From: a virus
Taxonomy: Duplodnaviria > Caudoviricetes
Virus record (IMG/VR): IMGVR_UViG_3300005529_000035
Location: 1 to 63,576 of that record
Strand: one strand, 5' to 3'
Length of the DNA stretch: 63,576 nucleotides
The position numbers and the translations under genes were made by a program. Below, in pieces: positions 28,957 to 38,343 of this stretch; position 1 is the first letter of the stretch; each line of letters starts with the position of its first letter. The notes beneath the pieces are model-generated. The model saw only the letters and a list, made by a program, of their open reading frames with translations, was not told the origin of the DNA and did not search any database.

Positions 28957-30023
28957 GCAGCCTCCAGACGGTCACCACGCCACGCAAACCCCGGCGGGGC
29001 CATCGGCATCATCCGGTGGGCAGCGGCACGCTGCGTGCCGTCCATGGCGTTGATCACAGCCGCGATCTCAGCGCCGGACGAATGCCGGTGCAGCGGCTCG
29101 CAGTGGTCGGCGAACTGGCCGCCAGCGGTCTTGCCAGCCGGCACACGGTAAGCCAGCTCAACCGCCGCCGTGTCGTTGCTGAGCAGCAGTTTCTTCGCCC
29201 GTGAGTCCAGCGTGGCGGCCCGCATCCGCAGCGTCGTGGCACGTGACCGCAGCGAGGCGATGCGCTGGACCACGGTCTTCTTCGCCGCGGTCTTCTTGGC
29301 CGTAGCCACCTTGTGCTTCGTGGGCAGGTTCTTCTTCGTGGCCGTCTTGCCCGCTGCTGCCGCTGCGGCCTTCTTCGCCGACGCAGCCGAGGCGGTGTGC
29401 TGCTTGGCGAGGGCGCGCGCCTGGGCGTCGAGGTCACGGGCCTGTGCCCGCAGCCCGGCTGCCTTCTGCCGCAGCGACCGTGCCTGTGCCTGCTTGCCTG
29501 CCATGCCGCCAGGCTTGACCGGGCCGGGCTTCATGAGCCCCGGCTTCTGGCCCGGCCGGGCAGCGTGACTGCCCGCCGCGTGCCCGGCCGGGGTCTTCTT
29601 GCCCTTCGCGGGCTTGGGCTGCGACTGGGTAGTGCCTGAGCCCTTCGGGGCGAACTGGCCGCCTGCCGGGCCTGACGCCACATGCGGGTGCAGGGCAGAG
29701 TTGAAGGTGCCCAATTCCACCGCCTCCGCGTCGTTAGCGTGGCTGTGGGCGGCTGCCTTGGCGGCTTCCCAGGCGGCGACAGCTTTAGCGGCTGCGGCGC
29801 GGACCTCGGGTGAGACCTTCCCGCCACCCCTGGCCCACCGCTTCACGGCGGCAATCGCCAGCTGGATGGCGTTCGACTCGCTGTGCCCGTTACGCATCAG
29901 GGCGCGAGCGATGTTCTCAATGTAGGGATCGAGCATGAGGCCGTGGATCCTGAACAAGCCCGGACCGCCCGGCTTGCCAAGCGGGTGGGGCACGGTGGAC
30001 AGGGCCGGTGTCTTGGCGCTCAC
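28953..30023 (-). CDS. Lys/Ala-rich putative internal head protein
   Basis: Two P..G...GGQFA motifs; very basic; located between gpF and protease. Confidence 0.55.
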   Translation of the reverse strand: MSAKTPALSTVPHPLGKPGGPGLFRIHGLMLDPYIENIARALMRNGHSESNAIQLAIAAVKRWARGGGKVSPEVRAAAAKAVAAWEAAKAAAHSHANDAEAVELGTFNSALHPHVASGPAGGQFAPKGSGTTQSQPKPAKGKKTPAGHAAGSHAARPGQKPGLMKPGPVKPGGMAGKQAQARSLRQKAAGLRAQARDLDAQARALAKQHTASAASAKKAAAAAAGKTATKKNLPTKHKVATAKKTAAKKTVVQRIASLRSRATTLRMRAATLDSRAKKLLLSNDTAAVELAYRVPAGKTAGGQFADHCEPLHRHSSGAEIAAVINAMDGTQRAAAHRMMPMAPPGFAWRGDRLEAA

Positions 30024-30030
30024 TGTCCCC

Positions 30031-30678
30031 CTACGGAATCAGCGGAGCGCCTTCAAACGGCGCCGAAGGGAAACAGCGGCACATAGGGTGCGTGGCTCCC
30101 GGATACCCGATAAGCGGCGGCCTGTCTGCCCTGAAATTCTTGTGATCGGCTGCGTAGCATTCGGCCGTGGTCCGCGAGTCCTTAACCGCGTTCCAGCCCA
30201 GCAGGTTCCCGTGCACCGACGCCGCCGAGTCGACCGCCGTAGCGGCCTGCACCCGCCGGTCCGACGCCTCCGCGTGCTGGGCGAAGTACCGCTGCTCGGC
30301 CCGCAGCGCGTCCTGCAGCGCCGCCATGACCGGCTCGCCCTTCGAGCGGGCCGTGTTCACGTCACGCTGCACACGCCTGCACGCGGCCAGGAAGAACGCA
30401 CCAGACCGCATCACATTCAGGCTGGCCACGTAACGTCCGGCCGGGCCAAGCGGCTCAGGGGCCGTGTGGCCGCGTCCCAGCACCATCGCAGCGACGGCCT
30501 GGAGCGTGGACCCGGCGATCCCCGCGGCCTTCAGCGACGAACGGAGCGCTGCCACGATCGCTGCGGCGGTGACAGCGGTGGCCAGGACCGCCGTGATCTC
30601 AGCGGCCAGGCGCTGGTCGGAGCGGGATGGCGGCGGCTGCTCGGGCTGCTGGAGGGCCTGCGCCCGTGACACAGCCAT
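30031..30678 (-). CDS. Head morphogenesis protein (Mu gpF/SPP1 gp7)
   Basis: WNAVKDSRTTAEC...PG..HPMCRC. Confidence 0.85.
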   Translation of the reverse strand: MAVSRAQALQQPEQPPPSRSDQRLAAEITAVLATAVTAAAIVAALRSSLKAAGIAGSTLQAVAAMVLGRGHTAPEPLGPAGRYVASLNVMRSGAFFLAACRRVQRDVNTARSKGEPVMAALQDALRAEQRYFAQHAEASDRRVQAATAVDSAASVHGNLLGWNAVKDSRTTAECYAADHKNFRADRPPLIGYPGATHPMCRCFPSAPFEGAPLIP

Positions 30679-30681
30679 GAG

Positions 30682-32211
30682 CTACTTGCCGCCTCCCGTG
30701 GGCGCGCTGGTGTTACCTGTCGGCGCGGGCGAGTACGGCGCGTTCAGGTCTTCGGGCTTGGCCTGCCCAGCCGCGGCCTTCACCGCCGCCTGGGCGACCT
30801 TCGTCGCCGCGCTCACACCGCCCGCCAGCTTGCCGATCGCACCTGCCTGCGCTGGTGCCATCCCCGGCGGCGGCATCGCCGCAGCCTGGGCTTCGCGGTC
30901 CTTGGCGCCCTGCTCCACGATCTGCGCCACGGCGTCCTCGTCGAGGTTCAGCACCGACGCGAGACGTTCGGTGATGAGGTCGAGGATGCCGTCCGGGATC
31001 CGCAGCGACGGGGCCACGGCCAGCGCCTGGAACAAGGTCACCAGCGACGCCTCGGAGTCGTCGGTCAGCGGCCCCGACGTCAGCTTCGGGTAGGCCGCGC
31101 CCTTGCCGTAATTCAATGTGATCAAGGGCGCGATCACATGGTGGGTGAACGATTCGGTCATCTCGGTGCTGATGGCCTGGCGGGACTTCAGGAAGAAGCT
31201 GGACTGGTCCTGCGACAGCGCCAGCGACCCGCGGCCGAGCGACGCCAGCGAGGACAGGCCCACGAATCCGGCCAGCACGCTCGAGGTCTGCCACGTCTCC
31301 AGGAACGTCAGCGCCTGGTTGAACTGGTCCGCACCCTTGCCCGAGGACTCGAGGATCTCGAACTTCTTGGACCCGTCTGGCGGGCGCTCGAAGGCGACGA
31401 TGCCGGACTGCCGCAGTGAGGCGATGTCGTCGGCGTGGGCGTTGGCCTGCTTCTGGTTCTGCCCGTAGACGACGACCTTGGGCAGGGACTGGTTCTCGAG
31501 GTACTGATACCAGAGAAAAAGGAGCTTTAGCTTAGTTCGGTAACACCAGTACGAAAGCTCCAATTCGGACGTACCGGTGAGGGGAGCCCTGTGCTTGCCG
31601 TGGATGTAGACATACGACTTCACCTTCGGTATGTCCACGTAGCCTGGGATCTGCTGCTTGGTGATCTGCGGGCCGAATTGCCAGACTTGCTGCCTGAAAC
31701 CGTCCTCGGCGCCCGTCTTGGGGTCGCGCTTCAGTTCGCACGTCGCGGGCGGCCGAAAGGCGAGCTTGTCATAGACGACCTTGCCCTGGTCGTTTATCTC
31801 CCAGCATTTTTCAAAGAATGCTTTTTTGTAGATCTGCGCCGCTGTCATCTGGCTGATAATCACACCGAACGGGATCTTCATCCCACCGCTGGTGGACGGT
31901 TCCATCAGCACCGAGCGGGCGAACTCGGCCTCACCGGAGTCACCCTTGGCGGGCGTGATGGTGTAGTCCGCCTGGCGCAGCGGCAGCGTGAGCACCGACT
32001 CCAGCGACGCGGCGGTGCCGTCACGCTGGAGCATGACAGTCATGTCCCTAGACGTGATTTCGCCGTAGTCGAGAACGTCCGTTCCGCCCGCATATGCGAA
32101 GATGCGCTCGTGCAGGTCGAACTGCGTGCCCAGTTCGCCCTTGAGGAGTTCGTTGCGGGTCTTGGGCTTCAGGTCGGGCAGGCGGATGACCTCGGCCGGC
32201 TCGGCCATCAC
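30682..32211 (-). CDS. Portal protein (Mu gp29/DUF935-like)
   Basis: 509 aa after terminase; FFEKCW, GSLALSQ, IAPLITLNYG motifs. Confidence 0.85.
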   Translation of the reverse strand: MMAEPAEVIRLPDLKPKTRNELLKGELGTQFDLHERIFAYAGGTDVLDYGEITSRDMTVMLQRDGTAASLESVLTLPLRQADYTITPAKGDSGEAEFARSVLMEPSTSGGMKIPFGVIISQMTAAQIYKKAFFEKCWEINDQGKVVYDKLAFRPPATCELKRDPKTGAEDGFRQQVWQFGPQITKQQIPGYVDIPKVKSYVYIHGKHRAPLTGTSELELSYWCYRTKLKLLFLWYQYLENQSLPKVVVYGQNQKQANAHADDIASLRQSGIVAFERPPDGSKKFEILESSGKGADQFNQALTFLETWQTSSVLAGFVGLSSLASLGRGSLALSQDQSSFFLKSRQAISTEMTESFTHHVIAPLITLNYGKGAAYPKLTSGPLTDDSEASLVTLFQALAVAPSLRIPDGILDLITERLASVLNLDEDAVAQIVEQGAKDREAQAAAMPPPGMAPAQAGAIGKLAGGVSAATKVAQAAVKAAAGQAKPEDLNAPYSPAPTGNTSAPTGGGK

Positions 32212-32221
32212 GCCTCCCGGG

Positions 32222-32458
32222 CTAATTGCTTACTGCCACTTTCATTCCGGGGATGCCCCGGAGCGTGTTCGGCGGCGTGGTGTCGTCCACTGCTCCCGGA
32301 TCGGCAAGGCGGATGGACCCGTCAGCGAGCATGCGCTGGGTGAAGGGGTTGTCCGGGTTCAGCGGCGCGGTCTTGCCTGCGGGCCAGGGCCAGGAGGCGC
32401 CCATGTTGCGGAGGCTCAGGTTGTCAGCCAGCGCGGTGTAGAGCAGCGGAGCGCCCAT
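32222..32458 (-). CDS. Hypothetical protein
   Basis: AGGTGAG RBS; located between terminase and portal. Confidence 0.55.
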   Translation of the reverse strand: MGAPLLYTALADNLSLRNMGASWPWPAGKTAPLNPDNPFTQRMLADGSIRLADPGAVDDTTPPNTLRGIPGMKVAVSN

Positions 32459-32528
32459 GCTCACCTGCCCGCATTTGCACCGGTCTGGCGAGTGTAACCC
32501 CGGGTTCTGGCGTAAGAACGATCTTGGT

Positions 32529-34187
32529 TCAGGCCCACGACCTGACGTTCTGGCGGTGCGGGCGCGGGTCCTCATCCACCGGGGCGAACGACTCCGCATC
32601 CCACTCGTCGCTGCCATCCCACTGCTCACCGTTCACCAGACGGCGCCGGAACGGCACACCAGGCGCGGTAGCCCGGCTGATCTCCCGCTGCACCTGCCAC
32701 GGCCTCGCCGATGGTGCATGCGGCATGGACGTGACCGAGAACGCCTGGATCGCCGCGTCACCGTCGTCCGTGGACCGGCCAAGCCGCTCACGGATCGAGT
32801 CCTTCGACTCCACCGCGATCTTCCCGCCGGACTGCACCGACCACCCTGGTGCTGCGAGGTCGCCCAGGAGCATCTCGTCGTCGGGCAGGCACACCTGAGG
32901 GTCACGGGACGGGTCGAGCAGTTCCCGCAGGTTCCACCACGCCCACGACCGCGTGTTGACGAACTGGAACTCGCCAGACGCGTCGCGGATCTTCGTTCCC
33001 GCCGAAGCGTTGAACGGCTGGCACTCGCGGCCCATCTCACGCAGCCGGTCATACACCCCGGCGCCGATGCCGATCACGTCGACCACGGCGGTCAGCGGCT
33101 CGTCACAGCCATCCTGCGCGGCGACGACGCGGCCGGTGGTCTGCATGGTGTCTTCCTTGACCGACCGCCGCAGTTCGGTCAGGACCGGGCCGTGGCGGAT
33201 CGCCAGGACGGTGCGGTCCTCGCCGGTGCGGGCCACGTCCACGCCCACCGTCTTCGGCCACGCACCTGTGTAGCGGCCGGTGCGGTCCCACTCATACCAC
33301 CGCTCAACCGCGGCCTCAGCCCACGACAGCGGGATAACGGAGTCTTCGTCGCCGGCGTGGAACTCGCCCAGGACACGGTTAACGTAGATGGCGGACGCTT
33401 CGCCCCACTGGCGGGCGCGCTGTGCCGCCCAGTCCTGCGAGATCCGCCCGGCGGCTATGGCCTCGGCGAGGGTGACGTGGCGTGGTGACCAGTCCTCGTA
33501 GCCGGGACGGCGCTGCTGGATGTCATAGAACCGGCCCGCAGGGGCGCCAGGCGTGCTCAGGGCGAGCGCGAGCGCCTCACCCGTGCCGGAGAAGGCACCT
33601 TCGCAGGCGTCGAAGGTGCCTGCGGGGATGGCTTTCGACTCGTCGTAGATGAACAGCAGCGAGTCAGCGTGCGCGCCCTCGATGAGGGCCGGGTTAGTGC
33701 ACGCTGCGGCGAACGCGTTGCCGTGGTTCAGCCGCATGTTCAGGTTCAGCAGTTCAGCCCGGGTGAACGGCTGGTCACGGACCTTGTCCCAGTGCAGCCG
33801 CCCGGCCCACTTGTGGACCTCGGGCCACAGGTACTGGATCAGCTGCCGCCACGCACCTGCGGTCGTGACCGCTTTCCAGTCCGCGCCTGCCGCGTCACGG
33901 GTCAGGGCGAACCACAGCAGCGTCACCGCGGCGATCGTGGACTTCCCCAGGCCGTGCGGGCCGCGTACCGCCATCCGCTTGGCCGAGGGCAGTTCGCCGA
34001 TGATGTCCTGCTGGTAAGTGGTCAGCCCTTCGCCGCGCCAGTCAATGCAATCAGCGGCGAAGGCTAGCGGGTCGTTGTAGTAGCGGGCTACGCCCTTGTG
34101 GATCAGGGCGGCGCGGCGCTGCAGGTCCCGCAGGTACCGCAGGCGTTCAGGAGACGCCTGGACGATCAGCTGTTTCGGCTGCGGCAA
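32529..34187 (-). CDS. terL: Terminase large subunit
   Basis: GPHGLGKS Walker A, FIYDE Walker B, VGVDVARTGED and RSTDDGDA nuclease motifs. Confidence 0.95.
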   Translation of the reverse strand: MPQPKQLIVQASPERLRYLRDLQRRAALIHKGVARYYNDPLAFAADCIDWRGEGLTTYQQDIIGELPSAKRMAVRGPHGLGKSTIAAVTLLWFALTRDAAGADWKAVTTAGAWRQLIQYLWPEVHKWAGRLHWDKVRDQPFTRAELLNLNMRLNHGNAFAAACTNPALIEGAHADSLLFIYDESKAIPAGTFDACEGAFSGTGEALALALSTPGAPAGRFYDIQQRRPGYEDWSPRHVTLAEAIAAGRISQDWAAQRARQWGEASAIYVNRVLGEFHAGDEDSVIPLSWAEAAVERWYEWDRTGRYTGAWPKTVGVDVARTGEDRTVLAIRHGPVLTELRRSVKEDTMQTTGRVVAAQDGCDEPLTAVVDVIGIGAGVYDRLREMGRECQPFNASAGTKIRDASGEFQFVNTRSWAWWNLRELLDPSRDPQVCLPDDEMLLGDLAAPGWSVQSGGKIAVESKDSIRERLGRSTDDGDAAIQAFSVTSMPHAPSARPWQVQREISRATAPGVPFRRRLVNGEQWDGSDEWDAESFAPVDEDPRPHRQNVRSWA

Positions 34188-34743
34188 GCTGGCCCTCCAG
34201 CCGCGCGATCTCAGCCTCGATCACGTCGGACGTGATGACCTCAACGCGGGTCTGCACGGGTGCGTCGTAGCCGAGCATGCGGGCCCGGCGTTCCATCAGC
34301 GACCGGATCCGGTCGATGGCGTTCAGCGCCGGGCCGGTGTCGAGGACGTCCTGCCAGATGCGGACCGGCTTGCCATGCTCGTCACGGACGATCTGGCCGT
34401 CCTCGTCGCGCTCGATGCCGACGCACCGGGCGACGACCCGGCCGCCGGAGATGGCGAGGTTCTCGGCTTCGAGCACTTCCCAGGCGATGGTGATCAGCCG
34501 GTCGATGCGCTCGAGGTCGAGGCGTTTGGCTTCGGCGACGTCTTCGGTGGCCACGGACTGGAATGCGCGGCCGATGGCGTCGTGGACGGCGCCGGGTGAG
34601 CCGAAGCCGAGCTCGTTGGCGATCCGCTGCAGGGTCCAGCCCTTGGCGCGCAGTGCCGCGGCGTCAGCGTCGCGCTGCGCGGTTTTGATGGTGCGCGCGA
34701 AACGACCGCCGCCGTCGCGGCTGCGGTCGTTTCGCTGCGCCAT
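34147..34743 (-). CDS. terS: Terminase small subunit
   Basis: HTH LRAKGWTLQRIANELGF, ERRARMLGYDAP; overlaps terL. Confidence 0.8.
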   Translation of the reverse strand: MAQRNDRSRDGGGRFARTIKTAQRDADAAALRAKGWTLQRIANELGFGSPGAVHDAIGRAFQSVATEDVAEAKRLDLERIDRLITIAWEVLEAENLAISGGRVVARCVGIERDEDGQIVRDEHGKPVRIWQDVLDTGPALNAIDRIRSLMERRARMLGYDAPVQTRVEVITSDVIEAEIARLEGQLAAAETADRPGVS

Positions 34744-34762
34744 GTTTTCGTCAGGTGTGCGG

Positions 34763-35116
34763 TCAGGCAGACGGCGCGGCCGGGGGCGGCACCTCGGCAC
34801 CCGCGGCGGTCACACCCGACGTGGCGGATGCCAGGTCGTTCAGGGCGCTGTTCACGCCGCTGAAGTCCAGCGACGGGTTGGCCTGCTGCAGCTGCGCGAT
34901 CTCGGCCTGGACGTTCTGCACGCCGGAGTTGATGGCCTGGACGTCGGTCTCGATGTTCGCAGCGGTCTGGTCGAGCTGGGACTGGTCAGACATGACGGTG
35001 TCCACCTTTCGGTGCAGTACGGACAGGGATTCCCGGATGGCGGTGAGTTCGCACAGGATGGCGCTGGGCGGGTCGGGGTGGTGGTGATGCCAGGTGAAGC
35101 CCTCGGCCGCGCTCAT
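34763..35116 (-). CDS. Coiled-coil hypothetical protein
   Basis: Gln-rich heptad pattern. Confidence 0.55.
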   Translation of the reverse strand: MSAAEGFTWHHHHPDPPSAILCELTAIRESLSVLHRKVDTVMSDQSQLDQTAANIETDVQAINSGVQNVQAEIAQLQQANPSLDFSGVNSALNDLASATSGVTAAGAEVPPPAAPSA

Positions 35117-35364
35117 GCGGCCACCGGCCTTGACGCAGCCTTGCGCCGCGGGTCCACGCCCGAGGTGCGCAGCCCGTTCTCGCGGACGGTCTTCTCCGCA
35201 GCGGCCACATCGTCAGGGTGGTAGAGCGGGTGGCCGCGTTCGGACAGGCCGCGGGCCTTGAGGTGGCCACGTGACACCCAGCAGCGGATCGTACCGGGAC
35301 TGCGGCGGGCCAGCGTAGCGGCCTGGCTGGTGGTGACAAGGCCGTCTCCCCGGGTGATGAGCAT
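35113..35364 (-). CDS. MerR-like HTH DNA-binding protein
   Basis: VTTSQAA...GTIRCWVSRGHL...LY..DDV. Confidence 0.75.
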   Translation of the reverse strand: MLITRGDGLVTTSQAATLARRSPGTIRCWVSRGHLKARGLSERGHPLYHPDDVAAAEKTVRENGLRTSGVDPRRKAASRPVAA

Positions 35365-35466
35365 GCTCACCTGCCCGGAAAAACCACAATGACCCGGAAC
35401 CGTGTGGCTCCAGGTCATGGATGTGCTCGCGGGGTTAGTGTTGCATACCCTGATCTGCGCGTCCAG

Positions 35467-36357
35467 TCACGCCGCTGGTGAATTTCCGCGGACCCGGTCG
35501 ATGTCCTCGCTGCTCACCGTCGCGGCGTAGAGCCTGGTCCAGGCGTGGTATTCCTGGTCGGTCAGCAGCCTGCCGCAGGCGCGGCATTCCGCGGCGTACT
35601 CGCTGCCCTGCTGGCGGACCAGCATCAGCATGTCGCACGCGGGGTCCGGGCATGGCACGTCGAGGCGCTCGGTCATGCGGGTCTCACCGAGCACCGAGCG
35701 GGACCGGTAGCGCAAGGCCAGGATCTCGTCGCCGGCGTCCGCGCCGGACAGGTCGACGGTCACGTCCGCATACCCCCCGGCGCGGTTGGTGCGCCCGTAG
35801 GCGCCTTCGGGGATGCGGGACAGGTCATGCAAAGGGTAACTGCGGGCCATCGGGTCGGCGGGCAGGGCGAGCAGGTGGTCCAGGTTGACGGCGAGGGTGC
35901 GGCAGAACCCGTCGACCATCCGGCCGTGATCGGGGCGGCGGCGCTGTTCCTGCGTGTCGGGCAGCACCAGCCCGGCGGCGAACCGCACCCGCTCATCCCA
36001 CGACGCGAGGATGTCGAGGTGCTCGCGGAGCAGGGCGTCAATGTCGGCGCGCAGCGGCAGCGGCGCGGTGCGGGACATGGTGACCCGCTCGCTGGCCTGC
36101 CCCTTGTTCCCGAGCTCGCAGTGCAGCCGCACCCACAGTTCCGGGATGTCGCCGAGGGACCGGTACACCTGCAGCTGGCACTTGGAGCAGAACGTTTCCC
36201 GGGTGAGTGCCGGGATGATGACGCGCTCCCCGTCGTCGCCGATGATGACCGTGGACCCTGAGCACCAGGTGTCGCGGGCGCAGGGATGCTGTGCGGCGTC
36301 CCGCTCGCCGTGGTCGGAGTGATTCCGGTAGGAGCGGTCGGGACGGGGCACAGTCAC
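35467..36357 (-). CDS. Zn-binding putative late transcription regulator
   Basis: Several CxxC pairs (CSKC, CPDPAC, CRAC); position upstream of the packaging genes, as in many actinophages. Confidence 0.55.
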   Translation of the reverse strand: MTVPRPDRSYRNHSDHGERDAAQHPCARDTWCSGSTVIIGDDGERVIIPALTRETFCSKCQLQVYRSLGDIPELWVRLHCELGNKGQASERVTMSRTAPLPLRADIDALLREHLDILASWDERVRFAAGLVLPDTQEQRRRPDHGRMVDGFCRTLAVNLDHLLALPADPMARSYPLHDLSRIPEGAYGRTNRAGGYADVTVDLSGADAGDEILALRYRSRSVLGETRMTERLDVPCPDPACDMLMLVRQQGSEYAAECRACGRLLTDQEYHAWTRLYAATVSSEDIDRVRGNSPAA

Positions 36358-36419
36358 CTCCGGGCGGCTGGGTGTTGCAGGCCATGGTAGCCACGGAGAG
36401 TAATGGAGGCGTTACAGCC

Positions 36420-36509
36420 TCAGCTGCGGAACATGCCGCGCAGGAAGAAGACCAGGGCACCGAGCAGGAGCAGTCCCGCGAAGCAGGGAGCGGCAATGGA
36501 CCAGGCCAT
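36420..36509 (-). CDS. Putative 29-aa single-TM peptide
   Basis: MAWSIAAPCFAGLLLLGALVFFLRGMFRS with TAGGCT -10 box 8 nt upstream. Confidence 0.35.
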   Translation of the reverse strand: MAWSIAAPCFAGLLLLGALVFFLRGMFRS

Positions 36510-36527
36510 GAGGCTGAAGCCTAGAGG

Positions 36528-36806
36528 TCAGTTCTGCCGCCAGTTTTCCGGGCGCGGGTAGTTGCGGACGGACTCAAACCCCCGCCGCCATACGGAGCAG
36601 GTGAGGATCCAGAACGTGATGGCGACGTCCTGTGCGATCAGGGCGACGCCCACGATGCGGAGAATCAGCCCTGGGCCCGTGATGAGGAAGAAGAGGCCAG
36701 CAGCAGCCGGGCACGCTCCAGTGAGGATCCCGGCCTTCTCGCGGGAGTTCAGCTTTCGCCAGCCTCCGGCAATGCGCCGCGGGAGTCGCACGGTCACGGC
36801 AGTCAC
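36528..36806 (-). CDS. Small two-TM protein (Spd-like)
   Basis: Two hydrophobic helices; last gene of the transfer module. Confidence 0.5.
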   Translation of the reverse strand: MTAVTVRLPRRIAGGWRKLNSREKAGILTGACPAAAGLFFLITGPGLILRIVGVALIAQDVAITFWILTCSVWRRGFESVRNYPRPENWRQN

Positions 36807-36811
36807 ATTCC

Positions 36812-37846
36812 TTATCCTCCCGCAGCGTGGATTGGCGTGGGCGTCTCTCTCTTGATGCGGGTCACGGTGGACTCGGAGACCCCTGCCTTCTTGGCCACCT
36901 CGTCAAGCGGCATGCGCGGCGTGGCCTCCAGGATGGCCTTCACCTTCGCGCGTTTGCGGGCGGTCGCGCTGACGGTCTTGCGAGGCGTCTTCTGACGGGC
37001 CTTCTGACCGTCATTCTGCGCCTGGTCCTGACGGTCGATCTGACGGCGCTCGCGGCGCACGCTGACGGCCAGCTTGTCGCCTTCGGTGACGGCCCTGGTG
37101 ACCATGTCCCTGACGGCCTGTTCCCACCCTCCGGTGACGCGTGCCCTGACGGCCTGCGTGGCGGCGCTGGTGACGGCGTCGCCGAGGCGGCCGGTGCTGA
37201 TGGCTGAGCGCAGGAGTGACGGTGCCTTGCGGCGCCACTGCCAGCGGCCGTAGTGGGCGCGGGCGAGGTCGCGGGCGAACAGCCGGGCCTCTTCCAGTTC
37301 GACCGCCACCGGGTAGGAGGTGACGTTACGCAGCACCATCCGCTTGCGCATGCCCGGCGTCCGCCACGGCGAGAGCAGCCAGCGGGCCCGCGGGATGCGC
37401 ACGGTCTCTCCGTCTCGCCGCTTCGCCAGTTTGCGCCATCGGGTCAGCTCGAGGAACACGATCCACAGCGCCGGCATGACGACGTGCAGGGCGCGGCCAA
37501 GCCAGTCATGGGCGGCAGCGCCGTGGGCGTTGACGTAGATGGTGAACGCCGCCAGCACCCAAGCCAGGGCGCGGGGCACGAGATCGGAGCGGTGGGCGTC
37601 GATGGCTTTGCGGGCTTCGACGATGAGGGCCAGGATCCCGACGTCGATGCCGAGTGGGTAGAGCACTGACCAGCCGGGCAGGCCGTGCTCGTGCGCCAGC
37701 TTGGCGATCGTCTGGAACGACACGGCGAAGCCGATGCCTGCCACGCCGAGCAGGAGCGGGTTGTCTGCGACGACAGCGCGTGCGTGCTTGCTCATGGAGG
37801 GCATCTTGACCGCCATCGGTGATCCTTTCCGGGATTTCCGGCTCAA
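36812..37846 (-). CDS. DUF2637 family membrane protein with C-terminal HTH (Spd-like)
   Basis: GFAVSF..I..LA..HG...LYPLGID, TIYVNA, H.VMP.LW, RIP..RWLLSP; terminal HTH VAKKAGVSESTVTR. Confidence 0.8.
   Translation of the reverse strand: MSRKSRKGSPMAVKMPSMSKHARAVVADNPLLLGVAGIGFAVSFQTIAKLAHEHGLPGWSVLYPLGIDVGILALIVEARKAIDAHRSDLVPRALAWVLAAFTIYVNAHGAAAHDWLGRALHVVMPALWIVFLELTRWRKLAKRRDGETVRIPRARWLLSPWRTPGMRKRMVLRNVTSYPVAVELEEARLFARDLARAHYGRWQWRRKAPSLLRSAISTGRLGDAVTSAATQAVRARVTGGWEQAVRDMVTRAVTEGDKLAVSVRRERRQIDRQDQAQNDGQKARQKTPRKTVSATARKRAKVKAILEATPRMPLDEVAKKAGVSESTVTRIKRETPTPIHAAGG
36969..37223. repeat. (C/G)TGACGG direct-repeat array with ~12-bp periodicity inside the DUF2637 gene
   Basis: 10 exact TGACGG copies plus TGACCG/TGACCA/TGACGC variants. 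Confidence 0.8.
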
Positions 37847-37880
37847 CTCGTGGTCAGCGTGACGTGCGGGCCAAACGGGA

Positions 37881-38333
37881 CTACCGCGTCCTGCTCAGGC
37901 GCCGCCAGGCCGCCCACAGCGGCACCAGGGCAGCGCCGAAGAACACGAGCATCAGCCACACGTGAGGGGCTGCGGCACCCGTGACAGCCAGCATGGCGCC
38001 GAGAGCGATGAGGATCGCGGTCCACGCACGCCGCGCGCCCGGGTCGCTGCCCCGCATCTTCCAGATGAACCGCAGCCGCCTGCGGGCCTGGGCGCCTGCC
38101 AGCATGACCGCCGCCCACGAGGTCATGGGCAGGCCCTCGCGGCGCAGGATGCCGCAGGCGATCAGGACGGTGCCCGGGATCGTGAGGAAAGGCAGCCACG
38201 GCCACGTGTGACCCTGGGTCAGGCCCACAAGGCCGGTGAGGACACCAGCGACGGTCAGGAGCGGTCCTGCGATGAAGGACGCCACCACGATGCCGTCTGG
38301 CAGTTCGTGGCGGGCGGGGTGGGTGGTGGTCAT
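37881..38333 (-). CDS. Four-TM membrane protein (Spd-like)
   Basis: GAGGAG RBS; multiple hydrophobic helices. Confidence 0.6.
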   Translation of the reverse strand: MTTTHPARHELPDGIVVASFIAGPLLTVAGVLTGLVGLTQGHTWPWLPFLTIPGTVLIACGILRREGLPMTSWAAVMLAGAQARRRLRFIWKMRGSDPGARRAWTAILIALGAMLAVTGAAAPHVWLMLVFFGAALVPLWAAWRRLSRTR

Positions 38334-38343
38334 GGGGGTCTCC

